A program made the translations under genes and the position numbers. A stretch of DNA of 64,000 nucleotides, from the NCBI GenBank assembly GCA_963765205.1, contig CAVXVB010000005.1, forward strand, positions 1-64,000. Direction: 5' to 3'. The notes beneath the pieces were generated by a model. That model did not search any database. It was not told the origin of the DNA and saw nothing but the letters and a program-made list of their open reading frames with translations. This stretch comes from an uncultured Verrucomicrobiae bacterium. Lineage in GTDB: Bacteria; Verrucomicrobiota; Verrucomicrobiia; Opitutales; JABDGR01. Below are positions 11,725-23,497 of the stretch, in pieces; within the stretch, counting starts at the first letter, position 1; every line of letters starts with the position of its first letter.

Positions 11725-11991
11725 CTACGACGGAATGCCGGCCTTTTTGCGGCGCATTTGGTCCACCAACGTCACGCGGAAGCCCTGGACGCAAAGCCAG
11801 AAAACGCCCGTGATGCAGAGCGAACAAAAGGCCGCGGAGATTTGCCGGCCGCGCTCGGAAAAGTCGGGGGTGTGGGCGTAGGCTACATACCACATGAACA
11901 GGAAAAACACGGCGGTGAGGCCCAAGTCGAAAATGATGGCCAGGGGGCCGACGAGTTTCTTGTCCGGCTTCGGCGCGGTGTCGTTATTCAT
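11725..11991 (-). CDS. Small two-TM membrane protein
   Basis: Two hydrophobic segments. Confidence 0.65.
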   Translation of the reverse strand: MNNDTAPKPDKKLVGPLAIIFDLGLTAVFFLFMWYVAYAHTPDFSERGRQISAAFCSLCITGVFWLCVQGFRVTLVDQMRRKKAGIPS

Positions 11992-12138
11992 GGTGGGAGG
12001 AAACTTAAGCTCCGGCCCGGCCCGTTGTCAAGCCGGGAAGGGGTGGGGTGGCCCGGCCGGGTGGAAACCGCACCCTCGACTTTAACGTTGCCTGCCCCCG
12101 GCGGGATGTGCATGGTGGGCGCTTCGACAAATTTATCC

Positions 12139-12318
12139 ATGAGTGGACGCATCCAAAGCTTCAAGAAAGCCAAACGCACGCCCGTCAAAAAGCGCGCGCA
12201 CACCCGCATCAACCCGCACCGTCAGCGCTGGCTGGCGGACAAGCGCCGTCGCGCCGCCGCGCGCGTCTTCAAGGCCGCCGAGGAAGCCCGCAAGGCCGCC
12301 ATCCCGGCCGGGGCGTGA
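12139..12318 (+). CDS. Small Lys/Arg-rich protein
   Basis: MSGRIQSFKKAKRTPVKKRAHTR..., host-like codon usage. Confidence 0.55.
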   Translation: MSGRIQSFKKAKRTPVKKRAHTRINPHRQRWLADKRRRAAARVFKAAEEARKAAIPAGA

Positions 12319-12471
12319 AGGCAATTCTGAGTGCTGATTTCTGATTGCTGAATTTCGCGCGCCGTGCTTTGAGGTCATAGCTTCGCAGACTTGCTTCACT
12401 TTTCAGGGGCAGATAAGGTGGACGAGGCACTAAGCACCAGAATACTAAGCACTAAATCACCCAGTGTTTTT

Positions 12472-12548
12472 GGGGGAATAGCTCAGTTGGTTAGAGCGCC
12501 TGCTTCACACGCAGGAGGTCCAGGGTTCGAGTCCCTGTTCCCCCACCA
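12472..12548 (+). tRNA. tRNA-Val(CAC)
   Basis: Cloverleaf with GGGGGAA/TTCCCCC acceptor stem, CCTGC-TTCACAC-GCAGG anticodon arm, GTTCGAG T-loop, CCA end. Confidence 0.97.
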
Positions 12549-12932
12549 TTTAATATATGATGGTCAATAACTTATGATTTCATCAAATTTGGTTGTACCC
12601 TGTTCCCTCGGAGTTTAGTTGAAATCAGGTGCAGATTGTCACATGAAGAAGTGAACGAGGATGCAAGAATTGAAGATTGATTTGCGATGGACGGGCTTTA
12701 TTCCGGTCCCCCTGAAGTGATGGGCCTAGCGCGGAAGCGCGAAAATATTTTACCGCCTGAAGAAGCAGAATAAAATTATCACGTTCCGTTTAGATGAAGT
12801 AGCTGAACGCCCCGATGCCATGGAGCAAGATAGTGGGGAAATACCCCATAGCGGGTGCGCTATTGCGAAGCGTATACTCGTGGTTTAAGGCCGGATGTCG
12901 AACGATGGTGAACTCCTATTGAATCCAATACC

Positions 12933-14354
12933 ATGGAAAATGCGCAACAAACTCATGAACTCGGCATGGTCGGGTTAGGGGTCATGGGGCGCAACCTAGT
13001 GCTCAATTTCGCTGACCACGGTTCTACCGTGGCTGGTTACGACAAGGATCAAACCAAGGTTGAGGCGCTGCGGAAAGAGGCTGCGGAAGGCAAGATCAGT
13101 GCTGCGGCAAACATGGTTGATTTCATTGCTCTGCTGCGCAGACCGCGCGCCATCATGATGCTGGTGCCCGCCGGTGCACCGGTGGATTCAGTCATCAAGG
13201 ATTTGCTGCCACATTTGGACAAAGGCGACCTTATCATTGACGCCGGAAACTCGCACTACGTTGATTCCGATGTGCGCGCCCGCAATTTGGCGGCGAAAGG
13301 CATTGAATTTCTCGGTGTGGGAGTATCCGGCGGTGAAGAAGGTGCTCGTCACGGGCCAAGTATCATGCCCGGCGGGCCTAAAAAGGCCTATGCACGGGTC
13401 CGAACCATTTTTGAAGCGGCTTCGGCGAAGGTAAACAATGAGCCCTGTGTGACCTGGCTGGGGCCCGGATCTGCGGGGCACTTCGTGAAGATGGTCCACA
13501 ACGGCATCGAATACGGACTCATGCAACTCCTGGCGGAGACCTATGACTTGATGAAGCGCGGCTGGGGAATGAACGATGATGAAGTGCGGGATGTCTATGC
13601 TTTTTGGAACAAAGGCGAGCTCAACAGCTATTTGGTTGAAATTACCAGACAGATTTTTGCCAAACGTGACGAAAAGACCGGCAAAAGGCTGATTGACGAA
13701 ATCCTCGACGTGGCCAAACAAAATGGCACCGGCCTATGGACTTCGCAAAGCGCGATGGAGCTGCAAGTGCCGACTCCGACGATAGACTTGGCCGTGGCAA
13801 TGCGGGATTTGTCCATGCTCGCCAAGGAACGTGAGCGGGCCGGGGCGATATATCCACAACCTCCGCGGCGCATAACCGGCGACCGGAGTGCGTTCCTCAT
13901 CCAATTGGGCCGCGCGCTTTATGCCGGGATGATCATCACCTATGCGCAAGGCATGGCGCTGTTAGCGGTAGCTTCGGTCAAATATAAGTATCGGCTTGAT
14001 TTGGAAGCGGTAGCACGGATTTGGCGAGGCGGCTGTATCATTCGCGCGGCGTTGCTGGAGGACATCTGCGCGGCGTTTCGCGCGAAACGTGATCTGCCCA
14101 ATTTGCTGCTCGATCCCAATTTGTCGCGCAAACTCATGGGACATCAGAATGATTTGCGCGCGGTGGTCGGCCAAGCGGCCGAGTCCGGAGTGCCGACACC
14201 GGGGTTGATGGTTTCGCTGGGTTATTTTGACGCCTATCGCAGCGCGTGGCTGCCGGCCAATCTCATTCAGGCCCAGCGCGACTTTTTCGGCGCGCACACC
14301 TATGAGCGCATTGATGCCAAGGGCACCTTTCACGAGGAATGGGAGAAAAAATAA
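12933..14354 (+). CDS. gnd: 6-phosphogluconate dehydrogenase (decarboxylating)
   Basis: [51 protein letters not shown]. Confidence 0.96.
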   Translation: MENAQQTHELGMVGLGVMGRNLVLNFADHGSTVAGYDKDQTKVEALRKEAAEGKISAAANMVDFIALLRRPRAIMMLVPAGAPVDSVIKDLLPHLDKGDLIIDAGNSHYVDSDVRARNLAAKGIEFLGVGVSGGEEGARHGPSIMPGGPKKAYARVRTIFEAASAKVNNEPCVTWLGPGSAGHFVKMVHNGIEYGLMQLLAETYDLMKRGWGMNDDEVRDVYAFWNKGELNSYLVEITRQIFAKRDEKTGKRLIDEILDVAKQNGTGLWTSQSAMELQVPTPTIDLAVAMRDLSMLAKERERAGAIYPQPPRRITGDRSAFLIQLGRALYAGMIITYAQGMALLAVASVKYKYRLDLEAVARIWRGGCIIRAALLEDICAAFRAKRDLPNLLLDPNLSRKLMGHQNDLRAVVGQAAESGVPTPGLMVSLGYFDAYRSAWLPANLIQAQRDFFGAHTYERIDAKGTFHEEWEKK

Positions 14355-14358
14355 GACC

Positions 14359-15858
14359 ATGAATGCGAAAACAGAACTCAACCCAACGGTGTTCGTCATT
14401 TTTGGCGGAAGCGGTGACTTGACCTGGCGGAAACTCGTGCCGGCCTTGTTTGACCTCTACCGTGATGGACGAATGCCAAAAAAATTCGCGATTATCGCCA
14501 TGGGACGATCCACTTTTTCCGACATCCAGTTGCGCCAGCGTTTCCTTGACGGCGTGAATCGCTTTTCGCCGAAAGGAAAAGCGAAAAGCGCGGACTGGAA
14601 AAGTTTCAGCGGGCACGTCACCTATCAACAGGGTGATTACACGGACCCGGCGAACTACGCTCGCTTGGGAGAGCGCTGCGCCAAACTGGACAAGGGCTGG
14701 GAGGAAAAAGCCATCCGCATTTTTCACCTGGCCACTCCACCCGAGTTGTTTGGCGTGATTCCGAAAATGCTTGCTGACGCGGGCCTGAATCAGGACCGGC
14801 AGCGGGCTCGGATTGTGGTAGAAAAGCCAATCGGCCATGACCTCGACTCGGCGCGGAAATTGAACGGTTTGCTCACGGAAAGTTTTCAGGAAGCGCAAAT
14901 TTTCCGCATTGATCACTACTTGGGCAAGGAGCCGGTGCGAAACATTCTGGCTTTCCGTTTCGCGAATCCGCTCTTCGAGCCGATTTGGAACCGGCGTTAT
15001 GTGGACTATGTGACCATCACAGTGGCCGAGGCGGTGGGCGTCGGACATCGCGGCGGCTATTATGATGAGTCGGGGGCGCTGCGCGACATGATGCAGAATC
15101 ACCTGATGCAACTGCTCTGCCTGGTTGCCATGGAGCCGATGGTTTCATTCGACGCCGATGAAATCCGCAATAAGAAAGTGGATGTGCTCCACGCATTGCG
15201 ACCGATTGCCCGCCAAGATGTTCAGCGGTGCGCGGTGCGCGGACAATATGGCCGGGGCACCCTTCAGGGCAAAAAAGTGTGCGGCTATCGCCAGGAGGAT
15301 GACGTATCGCGTCACTCAAAAACGGAGACGTTCGCAGCCCTGAAGTTGTTCGTGGATAACTGGCGCTGGCAGGGAGTACCCTTTTATCTCCGCGCGGGCA
15401 AGTGCCTCGCGCAACAGGTTTCGGAAGTGGCCATCCAATTTCGCGCGGTGCCGCATGAGGCCTTCCCGCCCGAGTCCAGGCACGATTGGCAGCCGTCCCG
15501 GCTCATCCTGTCCATTCAGCCGGAAGAAGGCATCGTGCTGGGCTTTCAGGCCAAAGTTCCCGGGCCGAAGATGCAACTGCGGCCAGTGGAAATGCGGTTC
15601 AATTATCGCGGGAACCCTCCCGTGCCTTCGCCCGACGCCTATGAAATTCTGCTTTGGGACGTGATGCAGGGCGACGCCACGCTTTTCATGCGTACAGACC
15701 AAGTGGAGGCGGCTTGGCGGGTGGTGATGCCGGTGCTTGAGGTTTGGGCGAAAACAAACCCAGGCGATTTTCCGAATTACGCGGCCGGCACTTGGGGGCC
15801 CAAGGCGGCGGACGAATTGCTTGCGCGGGCGGGACATGCCTGGCGGCCAATCATTTAA
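14359..15858 (+). CDS. zwf: Glucose-6-phosphate 1-dehydrogenase
   Basis: [29 protein letters not shown]. Confidence 0.96.
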   Translation: MNAKTELNPTVFVIFGGSGDLTWRKLVPALFDLYRDGRMPKKFAIIAMGRSTFSDIQLRQRFLDGVNRFSPKGKAKSADWKSFSGHVTYQQGDYTDPANYARLGERCAKLDKGWEEKAIRIFHLATPPELFGVIPKMLADAGLNQDRQRARIVVEKPIGHDLDSARKLNGLLTESFQEAQIFRIDHYLGKEPVRNILAFRFANPLFEPIWNRRYVDYVTITVAEAVGVGHRGGYYDESGALRDMMQNHLMQLLCLVAMEPMVSFDADEIRNKKVDVLHALRPIARQDVQRCAVRGQYGRGTLQGKKVCGYRQEDDVSRHSKTETFAALKLFVDNWRWQGVPFYLRAGKCLAQQVSEVAIQFRAVPHEAFPPESRHDWQPSRLILSIQPEEGIVLGFQAKVPGPKMQLRPVEMRFNYRGNPPVPSPDAYEILLWDVMQGDATLFMRTDQVEAAWRVVMPVLEVWAKTNPGDFPNYAAGTWGPKAADELLARAGHAWRPII

Positions 15859-15940
15859 ATATTTTGGCCTGAAAACAAATTCCTATCCGCAATCTTTCCT
15901 CTTGAACACGCCTGAATGAATTGATTTTCAATCCTTGGGT

Positions 15941-16933
15941 TCACGGAACAATGACGGCCGATCCATGCGTGGTTTCTTCTTTGACGGCGAGCAGCGCCTG
16001 GTTGGCATTATCCAGTGAAAATACCGTGGCTTGCGGCTTGATTTTAAGCTCATGGGCGAGCTTGAGAAAATCACGAGCGTCCTGCCGGTTCATGTTAGCC
16101 ACGCTGCGAATCTGCCGTTCTCCCCAAAGCAGTGTATCGTAGTCAAAGGCGGGCATCTGATCGAGGTGAATGGCATTGATGGCCACGACCCCGCCTTTGC
16201 GCAAACTGCCAAGTGCGGCGACGATCACCTTCCCGCTGGGAGCAAACGTGATGGCGCGATCAAGCGGCACCGGCGGTTTCACTTCTTCATCTCCAACCCA
16301 GGTGGCCCCCAGGGATTCGGCCATTTTTCGATGAGATTCCCCTCGGGTGGCGACATACACTTCACATTTCCAGGATCGCAATATAGCAATCGCCAAACTG
16401 GCTGAGCTGCCAAAACCAAACAGTCCAACTCTTTCGCCGGGTTGAATTCCAGCCACCCGCAGGCTGCGAAAGCCAATAATACCGGCGCAAAGCAAAGGCG
16501 CCACATGAACATTATCCATTTCGACCGGAAGCGGATAAGTAAAATCTGCGCGCACAAGGACAAATTCGGCGTAGCCGCCATTCACGGAGTAGCCCGTAAA
16601 TGTGGGCTGATCGCAAAGATTCTCCATCCCGTGTTGACAGAACCAGCAGGTGCCATCCACGTCCCCCATCCAGGAAACACCCACTCGCGTGCCCATGGGC
16701 AGGTCCATCGTTCCGCCTTCGACAACTTTTCCGACAATTTGATGGCCAGGAATCAGTTCGTCTTTTAATGGCGGCAGGTCACCTTCGGCAATATGAAGGT
16801 CAGTGCGGCAAACACCGCAGGCCAAGACTTCAAGTAATACATGCCCGTCCTTAGGTTTCGGACGGGGCACGTCCTCGATATGGAGAAACACTCCGGGTGC
16901 TTTGGCGGCAGCCGAATAAACTGCGGCTTTCAT
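15941..16933 (-). CDS. Zinc-dependent alcohol dehydrogenase family
   Basis: CGVCRTDLH, PGHQIVG, APLLCAG. Confidence 0.9.
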   Translation of the reverse strand: MKAAVYSAAAKAPGVFLHIEDVPRPKPKDGHVLLEVLACGVCRTDLHIAEGDLPPLKDELIPGHQIVGKVVEGGTMDLPMGTRVGVSWMGDVDGTCWFCQHGMENLCDQPTFTGYSVNGGYAEFVLVRADFTYPLPVEMDNVHVAPLLCAGIIGFRSLRVAGIQPGERVGLFGFGSSASLAIAILRSWKCEVYVATRGESHRKMAESLGATWVGDEEVKPPVPLDRAITFAPSGKVIVAALGSLRKGGVVAINAIHLDQMPAFDYDTLLWGERQIRSVANMNRQDARDFLKLAHELKIKPQATVFSLDNANQALLAVKEETTHGSAVIVP

Positions 16934-16955
16934 TGGATAATTATTGGTGGTGAAT

Positions 16956-17990
16956 TTAACGGCTCGCAAAATCAAGCACCACGCGTGACGCCACATCGCC
17001 ATGTTCAAGCCGCTCCAAGATCAGATTGATTGACGACAGAGGTTGTAACTCGATATCGGCCTTGACCCTGCCTTCGGCGGCAAAGGCGAGCGCTTCGGCC
17101 ATATCCTCGCGTGTGCCTACTAATGAGCCACGGATGGTGATGCAGTTCATCACCATGTCAAAAAGTGGGGCAGGGAATTCGCCGGGTGGCAGACCAACCA
17201 GCACGCAAGTCCCGCATTTGCGCGTCATGCCGACATCCTGCTTGAATGCGGCGAGCGAGGGTGCGGTGATCAGAACGCCATGCGCTCCACCGCCGGTTCC
17301 CTTCTTCACGGCGGCCATCGGGTCGCCTGATTTGGCGTTAACTACGAGGTCAGCGCCAAGGCGTTTGGCATGGGCGAGCTTGCCGTCATCAATGTCAATC
17401 GCACAGACATGGAGTCCCATGGCCTTGGCGTATTGGATTGCGAGATGGCCGAGGCCGCCGATGCCGGAGATGGCGATCCATTCTCCCGGTTTTGCTTCGG
17501 TCATCTTGATCCCTTTATAGGTGGTGATTCCGGCGCAGATAAGCGGGGCTGCTTCCGTGGCCGCAAGGCCGGGCGGCACATGGGCAACATAATTCGGATC
17601 GGCCAGGAGGTATTCAGCGAAACCGCCGTTCCTGGTATAGCCGCCAAACTGCGCCTCGGCGCATACCGTCTCCCAAGCCGACAGGCAATATTCGCAATGA
17701 CCACACGTCGAGTAGAGCCAGGGCACCCCGACCCGGTCTCCTTCCTTAACCGCCGTCACACCGATTCCTCGGGCAACAACCAGCCCAATGGCCTCATGGC
17801 CCGGAATGAATGGTAGGGTAGGCTTTACCGGCCAGTCGCCACGCGCCGCATGGACATCCGTGTGACATACGCCGCAAGCCTCGGTCTTGACCAGAATCTG
17901 GCCCGGTCCCGGAGTGGGAATATCCCATTCTTGAAACACCAAAGGTTTTCCAAACTGCTCGACCATGGCGACTTTCATCTTTTGTGGCAT
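16956..17990 (-). CDS. adhP: Alcohol dehydrogenase AdhP-like
   Basis: CGVCHTDVH, PGHE, CGHCEYC, GIGGLGH. Confidence 0.9.
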   Translation of the reverse strand: MPQKMKVAMVEQFGKPLVFQEWDIPTPGPGQILVKTEACGVCHTDVHAARGDWPVKPTLPFIPGHEAIGLVVARGIGVTAVKEGDRVGVPWLYSTCGHCEYCLSAWETVCAEAQFGGYTRNGGFAEYLLADPNYVAHVPPGLAATEAAPLICAGITTYKGIKMTEAKPGEWIAISGIGGLGHLAIQYAKAMGLHVCAIDIDDGKLAHAKRLGADLVVNAKSGDPMAAVKKGTGGGAHGVLITAPSLAAFKQDVGMTRKCGTCVLVGLPPGEFPAPLFDMVMNCITIRGSLVGTREDMAEALAFAAEGRVKADIELQPLSSINLILERLEHGDVASRVVLDFASR

Positions 17991-18039
17991 AAGTAGTCCC
18001 TTCGTCTAAATTGAGGTCGGTCGATTTTGCGGCCATCGC

Positions 18040-19434
18040 TTAGGCTGGCGCGTCAATTGAAGCGGTGCGCACCAGTTTTTTGTTAACGAATTCCTGGATG
18101 CCCAGACTGGAGAGTTCGCGTCCGTAGCCGGAGTTTTTGATGCCTCCGAATGGCAGGTCCGCTGTCGTCCAAGTTGGGTGATTGATGAACATCATGCCGG
18201 TGTCCACGCGGTTCGCGACGCGCTTGCCGCGCGCAATATCCTTGGTGAAGACCGCGCCCCCCAGACCGAATTCTGAATCATTGGCGAGCGCCACTGCCTC
18301 GTCCTCGTTCTTGACCCGGAAAAAGAGCGCGACCGGCCCGAAAAACTCTTCCCGAAATGCGGGATTGCTGGATTTGATATTCGTCAGGATCGTCGGCTGC
18401 ATGAAGGAGCCCGGTCGGTCAATCCGTTTGCCGCCCAGCACCACGGTGGCACCTTTGGCCACGGCCCGTTTGACCTGGTCGAGCAATTGCACCAAGGCCG
18501 CTTCGGTGGACAGTGGGCCAAGCGTCGTGGCAGGATCCATCGGATCTCCCGGCTGGAGTACCGCCAGAGCTTGCTGAAACTTTTCAAGAAAACGATCGGC
18601 CAATTTTTCAACGACGATGAAGCGCTTCGCGGCGACGCAGCATTGGCCTGTGTTGTTCATCTTGCCCCAAACCGCCCACTTGACCGTCTTGTCGAGATCG
18701 GCATCTTTTAACACAATAAACGCATCACTGCCGCCTAGCTCCATGGTTGATTTCTTGAGATTTTGCCCTGCGGCAGCGGCCACGCTCCGGCCTGCTTCCA
18801 CGCTCCCGGTCAATGCGACTCCTTTGATTCGGGGATCGGCAATCACTCGATTTACCTGGTCGTGAGAGATTAGAAGGTTGGTGTAGGCGCCTGCGGGCGC
18901 ACCGGCATCCAGCCAGAGCTTGGCAAAGGCAATGGCGCATTGCGGCACGCAACCGGCGTGCTTCACCATTACGACATTTCCCGCCATCAAGTTGGGCGCG
19001 GCAAAGCGCGCGAGTTGATAGTAGGGAAAGTTCCAAGGCTCGACGCCAAAAAGCACGCCAAATGGACTGCTGACGACCTCGGCTTTACCCGAATGTGGCT
19101 TGAGATGTTGCGGCGCGAGAAAGCGTTCGGCGTTCTTGGCGTAGTAGGCAATGATATCCGCGCTGAGTTCGACTTCACCCCTCGCTTCGTTGATGAGCTT
19201 GCCCATCTCAAGCGTCATCGGGCGAGCAAATTCGTCCGCCCGCACTCGCATGAGTGAGGCGGCTTTGGCCACGATGGTGGCCCGCTGCGTGTAAGTCTTT
19301 TGCCGCCAGGTCTCGAAACAAGTCGCAGCGGTTTTAAGAGCCGCATCAAGTTGTTTATCGGTGAGTTCCTTGAACTTCTTCAGGAGTTTGCCGTTGTAAG
19401 GATTGACGCTTTGGTAGCTCATGGAGGCCACCAT
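18040..19434 (-). CDS. NAD-dependent succinate-semialdehyde/aldehyde dehydrogenase
   Basis: PWNFP, ELGGSDA, GQCC, EEFFGP, PFGGIKNSGYGRE. Confidence 0.92.
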   Translation of the reverse strand: MVASMSYQSVNPYNGKLLKKFKELTDKQLDAALKTAATCFETWRQKTYTQRATIVAKAASLMRVRADEFARPMTLEMGKLINEARGEVELSADIIAYYAKNAERFLAPQHLKPHSGKAEVVSSPFGVLFGVEPWNFPYYQLARFAAPNLMAGNVVMVKHAGCVPQCAIAFAKLWLDAGAPAGAYTNLLISHDQVNRVIADPRIKGVALTGSVEAGRSVAAAAGQNLKKSTMELGGSDAFIVLKDADLDKTVKWAVWGKMNNTGQCCVAAKRFIVVEKLADRFLEKFQQALAVLQPGDPMDPATTLGPLSTEAALVQLLDQVKRAVAKGATVVLGGKRIDRPGSFMQPTILTNIKSSNPAFREEFFGPVALFFRVKNEDEAVALANDSEFGLGGAVFTKDIARGKRVANRVDTGMMFINHPTWTTADLPFGGIKNSGYGRELSSLGIQEFVNKKLVRTASIDAPA

Positions 19435-19738
19435 ACACTTCCGTGTTGACGAGAGCTATGGGGTGTTTCCCGACTAGACCCCTGTCAATGCTGGCGTGCT
19501 GAACGAACGCCCTTAGATGGTGGGTGGACACCCCATTGTCGTGGCATTGTTGCCTGGTCTACACTTGTTCAAGGAGAGGCTGTCACAAGATTGGGATCTA
19601 ATCGGAGCTAATGCCATGGAAATTCCCAACTGCGACAGCGATACAAAATCGGTCGGGTCGGCTGGGTGCCATCGAGCGCTACCTTTGGATGAAATAGGGC
19701 CGAAAAAATTGATCCGCCCATGAATTAAGGACCATCAC

Positions 19739-21070
19739 ATGGATGATTTTTTCTTTGCCCGTTCGCAGATGGCCACGTCGCTGGCTTTCCACATCATCTT
19801 TGCCGCCCTTGGCATCGGGATGCCGCTGCTCATGGTTCTGGCGGAGGGAATGTATCTGCGCACCGGCCAACCGGTTTATCTCGATCTGTGCAAGCGCTGG
19901 GCGCGTGGCACGGCCATTCTGTTTGCCGTGGGAGCCGTATCCGGCACGGTGCTTTCGTTCGAGCTTGGTTTATTATGGCCGGGTTTCATGGCCAAGGCTG
20001 GAGCAATTATCGGGATGCCATTTTCCTTGGAGGGATTCGCGTTTTTTACCGAGGCGATTTTTATTGGAGTGTATTTCTACGGCTGGAAGCGCCTTTCGCC
20101 CCGGCTGCATTGGGCGGTGGGATGGGTCGTCGCCGCAAGCGGCATTTTGTCCGGCGTTTTCGTCGTGACGGCGAATGCCTGGATGAACGCGCCAGCCGGC
20201 TTCAAGATCGTTGACGGCCAGGTCACTGATATTGATCCGATCGCAGCAATGTTGAATCAGGCCAGTCTTCATGAAGTCATCCACATGACCCTGGCGGCGT
20301 TCGTGGCGACGGGTTTCGCAGTGGCGGGGGTTCATGCGTTTTTCCTGCGGCAAAACCGGAACAGTCTTTTTCATCGGAGCGCCCTGGGCATTGCACTGGC
20401 GGTCGCCTGCGTCAGTATACCGCTGCAAGTCCTGAGCGGCGACCACAGCGCCCGGGCGGTGAGCCGGTTGCAGCCAGCTAAGTTGGCAGCGATGGAAGCG
20501 TTGTATCATACGCAAACCGGAGCGCCCATACGTATCGGCGGAATTCCAAATAATGAGACGCGCTCGACCAAATATGCCCTCACCATTCCGCACGGCTTGA
20601 GTCTACTGTTAAACGACAATCTCAACGGCAAGGTTGTCGGCCTTGAAGAGTTCCCGCAAAGCGACTGGCCCAATGTGCGCATTGTGCATTGGTCGTTTGA
20701 CCTGATGGTTGGCGCAGGCATGGTCATGCTGGCTTTGGCCCTGTGGACGGGCTGGGCTTGGTGGCGACATCCGCCGCTGGCCGACCATCCTCGGTTGCTG
20801 CGCGCGTTGGTAGCTGCCGGGCCGCTGGGTTTTATCGCGATAGAATCCGGCTGGGTCGTCACCGAGGTCGGACGGCAGCCCTGGATCATTTACGGTGTAA
20901 TGCGAACGAAAGACGCCGTCACGCCGATGCCGGGTATTGCGGTGCCTTTCGTCGTCTTTTCGGCCTTGTACGTCTTTCTCGCCGTGATGGTTTTCGTTCT
21001 TTTGCGTCGTCAATTTATCGAGACTTCCGCCACACCTTCTGCGGCGCCGCCCGCTTCAACCGATGTTTGA
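19739..21070 (+). CDS. cydA: Cytochrome bd oxidase subunit I
   Basis: FHIIF, GAVSG, QPAKLAAME, GWVVTEVGRQPW. Confidence 0.95.
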   Translation: MDDFFFARSQMATSLAFHIIFAALGIGMPLLMVLAEGMYLRTGQPVYLDLCKRWARGTAILFAVGAVSGTVLSFELGLLWPGFMAKAGAIIGMPFSLEGFAFFTEAIFIGVYFYGWKRLSPRLHWAVGWVVAASGILSGVFVVTANAWMNAPAGFKIVDGQVTDIDPIAAMLNQASLHEVIHMTLAAFVATGFAVAGVHAFFLRQNRNSLFHRSALGIALAVACVSIPLQVLSGDHSARAVSRLQPAKLAAMEALYHTQTGAPIRIGGIPNNETRSTKYALTIPHGLSLLLNDNLNGKVVGLEEFPQSDWPNVRIVHWSFDLMVGAGMVMLALALWTGWAWWRHPPLADHPRLLRALVAAGPLGFIAIESGWVVTEVGRQPWIIYGVMRTKDAVTPMPGIAVPFVVFSALYVFLAVMVFVLLRRQFIETSATPSAAPPASTDV

Positions 21071-22061
21071 ATTCATCGTCATCATTTTTCTTTTCCTGTC
21101 GCTGATCCTCTACGCCTTGATGGGTGGCGCGGATTTTGGCGGCGGCGTGTGGGATTTGCTGGCGACGGGATCGCGCGCCCGCGAGCAAAGACAGGCCATC
21201 GCCGGGGCCATCGGCCCCATTTGGGAGACTAATCACGTCTGGTTAATCCTCGTGGTGGTGTTGCTCTTTACTGGTTTTCCAGGCGCTTTTGCGGCAATAA
21301 TGACTGCGCTGAACATCCCGCTGACCATCATGCTCGTGGGCATCGTGTTGCGGGGCTCGGCGTTTATTTTCCGCAAATACGACGCTCAAACGCAATCGGT
21401 GCAGCGCCACTGGAGCCGGGTGTTCGGCATCGCCAGCCTGCTCTCGCCGTTTTTCCAGGGCGTAATCGTTGGGGCGCTTGTCTCCGGGAAAATCCGCGTC
21501 GTGAATGGCATCGTTACCACCGGCTTTTTTGCGGGCTGGCTGACGCCGTTCGCGCTGGCCTGCGGGGCGTTTGCGCTTGGGCTTTTTGCATTTCTGGCGG
21601 CAACGTATATGACTATTGAGACGAGGACGCTGCCCGATTTGCAAAATGATTTTCGGCGGCGGGCGCTTTGGTCGGGCGCGGCCTTGGCCCCCATTACCCT
21701 CATCATCTTCCTCACTTCCCGGCAAGGCGCGCCGGAGATGTATCATGGATTGACGCACTGGTGGGCGCCTTTGCTCTTGGTGGCGACGAGCATTTGCGCC
21801 ATTGCCGCGCTGACCACGCTGTGGCTGCGGTGGTTTGCCTTGGCGCGCATGGCCGCCATTGGCCAAGTTACGCTCATTCTCGTGGGATGGAGCTTGGCGC
21901 AATATCCCAATCTTGTCACCCCGGACGTTACTTTTACCAACGCTGTTGCGCCAGAAGCCACATTGCACTTGCTGGTTCTAGCCTTGGGTGCCGGCTCGAT
22001 TTTGCTACTGCCATCCCTGGCCTTTCTTTTCCACATTTTCAAAGGCATGAAAAGCCATTGA
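21063..22061 (+). CDS. cydB: Cytochrome bd oxidase subunit II
   Basis: GADFGGG, IGPIWETNHVWL. Confidence 0.93.
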   Translation: MFEFIVIIFLFLSLILYALMGGADFGGGVWDLLATGSRAREQRQAIAGAIGPIWETNHVWLILVVVLLFTGFPGAFAAIMTALNIPLTIMLVGIVLRGSAFIFRKYDAQTQSVQRHWSRVFGIASLLSPFFQGVIVGALVSGKIRVVNGIVTTGFFAGWLTPFALACGAFALGLFAFLAATYMTIETRTLPDLQNDFRRRALWSGAALAPITLIIFLTSRQGAPEMYHGLTHWWAPLLLVATSICAIAALTTLWLRWFALARMAAIGQVTLILVGWSLAQYPNLVTPDVTFTNAVAPEATLHLLVLALGAGSILLLPSLAFLFHIFKGMKSH

Positions 22062-22085
22062 TGAAGTAATCAGACACACATTAAG

Positions 22086-22655
22086 TTACGCCGGCATCAA
22101 AGCGTCGTCTTTTACGTCAGACTTTGGCGCAAAGAAATCTGCTCCCGCGGCCCAAGCGGAATTTTTTAAAAACCGATAACGGGGTGAATCGGGTGTGTCC
22201 ACCCGTTCATTGGAACTGAGCAAAGCCATTACGGCGGATTCGTTCGCGCGTTTTTGGGTGAGACAATCCTCGATCCATTTTTTGAGAGACAGGGGAAAGT
22301 CGCCTGGGCTGTTGTAAGAGACGATGATCACGTCAGCCGAGTTTGCGTCAAAGAGCAAGCGGTCAAAGCGGGAAGGTTAATCCAACTGGGCTACGGGCAC
22401 AGACATAAAGTGTTGCTGCGCCATGCGGAAATTGCGCCCCACGCGTTCAAGAGCTTCCGCCGCCCGCAACGCGGCGTGCATGTCGTTGTAAACAACAACG
22501 AAGGACAACGCCTGGTGGCTGTTCTCGCGGATGCTTGCGTCTGTGCTTTGGAATCTGTTGACGGCCTTTTTTTTCACTTGATCGCGGGCAATGGCGAAAT
22601 GTTCGTAGTCGGCACCTAATCGCGTACACAGATTACCGAGGAATACGTTACTCAT
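22086..22655 (-). pseudogene. Hypothetical protein interrupted by one in-frame TAA at 22377-22379
   Basis: ORFs 22377-22655 and 22086-22358 are in the same frame. Confidence 0.55.
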
Positions 22656-22899
22656 GTTTTAAAGAGGTAAATTATTTTGGTCAGGGCAGAGGCAATTTTA
22701 GGCGGCGTGGGGGTGAACAGCTTACCCGCTTTGCGTGTCAGCTACTATGGGGTTTTACCCTGCCCCATCAGCGGACAACCCGACTCTTGCAGAAATTAAG
22801 GCAATAGTAGTGGAACACCCCATAGTAATCGGCCAGTCAAAAACTTATGAGTACGAATCCAAAGTTAAAAATAAAACGTTACCTACGAAAGAAAATGAC

Positions 22900-23454
22900 A
22901 TGAAGACTATCAATAATGCCGTCGTGGCAATTTACAAATCCCACACCGAAGCTGAAGGTGCCGTCAAGGAACTGCAACAATCCGGTTTCGACATGCAGAA
23001 ACTCTCGATAGTCGGACGCGATTATCACACGGACGAAAACGTGGTCGGCTATTATAACACGGGAGATCGCATGAAATACTGGGGAACGAGGGGAGCATTC
23101 TGGGGCGGCCTATGGGGATGGCTGTTTGGTTCCGCAGCCTTTTTTATTCCCGGTGTCGGGCCAATGCTCGTGGCGGGGCCGCTCGTCGGCTGGATCATTG
23201 GCGCGCTTGAGGGCGCGGTGGTAGTTGGCGGGGTAAGCGCGATTGGGGCGGGAATTTACAGCATGGGCATCCCCAAGAACAGCGTTTTGCAATATGAGAC
23301 TGCTCTCAAAACCGACAAATTTCTTGTGATTGCCCACGGAACGGCAGAGGAAGCGGTACGTGCGCGCGAGATCATCAATCGCACCAATCCTGAGTCCTTG
23401 GCGGAACATCAGCTTTCACCGGCCAACATTGAGGCTGGTGTGGCGGCAAACTAA
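22900..23454 (+). CDS. General stress / Gly-rich membrane protein (YflT/DUF1269-like)
   Basis: AEGAVKELQQSGFDMQKLSIVG, GAFWGGLWGWL, IPGVGPMLVAGP. Confidence 0.7.
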   Translation: MKTINNAVVAIYKSHTEAEGAVKELQQSGFDMQKLSIVGRDYHTDENVVGYYNTGDRMKYWGTRGAFWGGLWGWLFGSAAFFIPGVGPMLVAGPLVGWIIGALEGAVVVGGVSAIGAGIYSMGIPKNSVLQYETALKTDKFLVIAHGTAEEAVRAREIINRTNPESLAEHQLSPANIEAGVAAN

Positions 23455-23497
23455 GTTGGTTAAATAGCGCAACGGGCAGCATGGCTGAAGCACCCTT

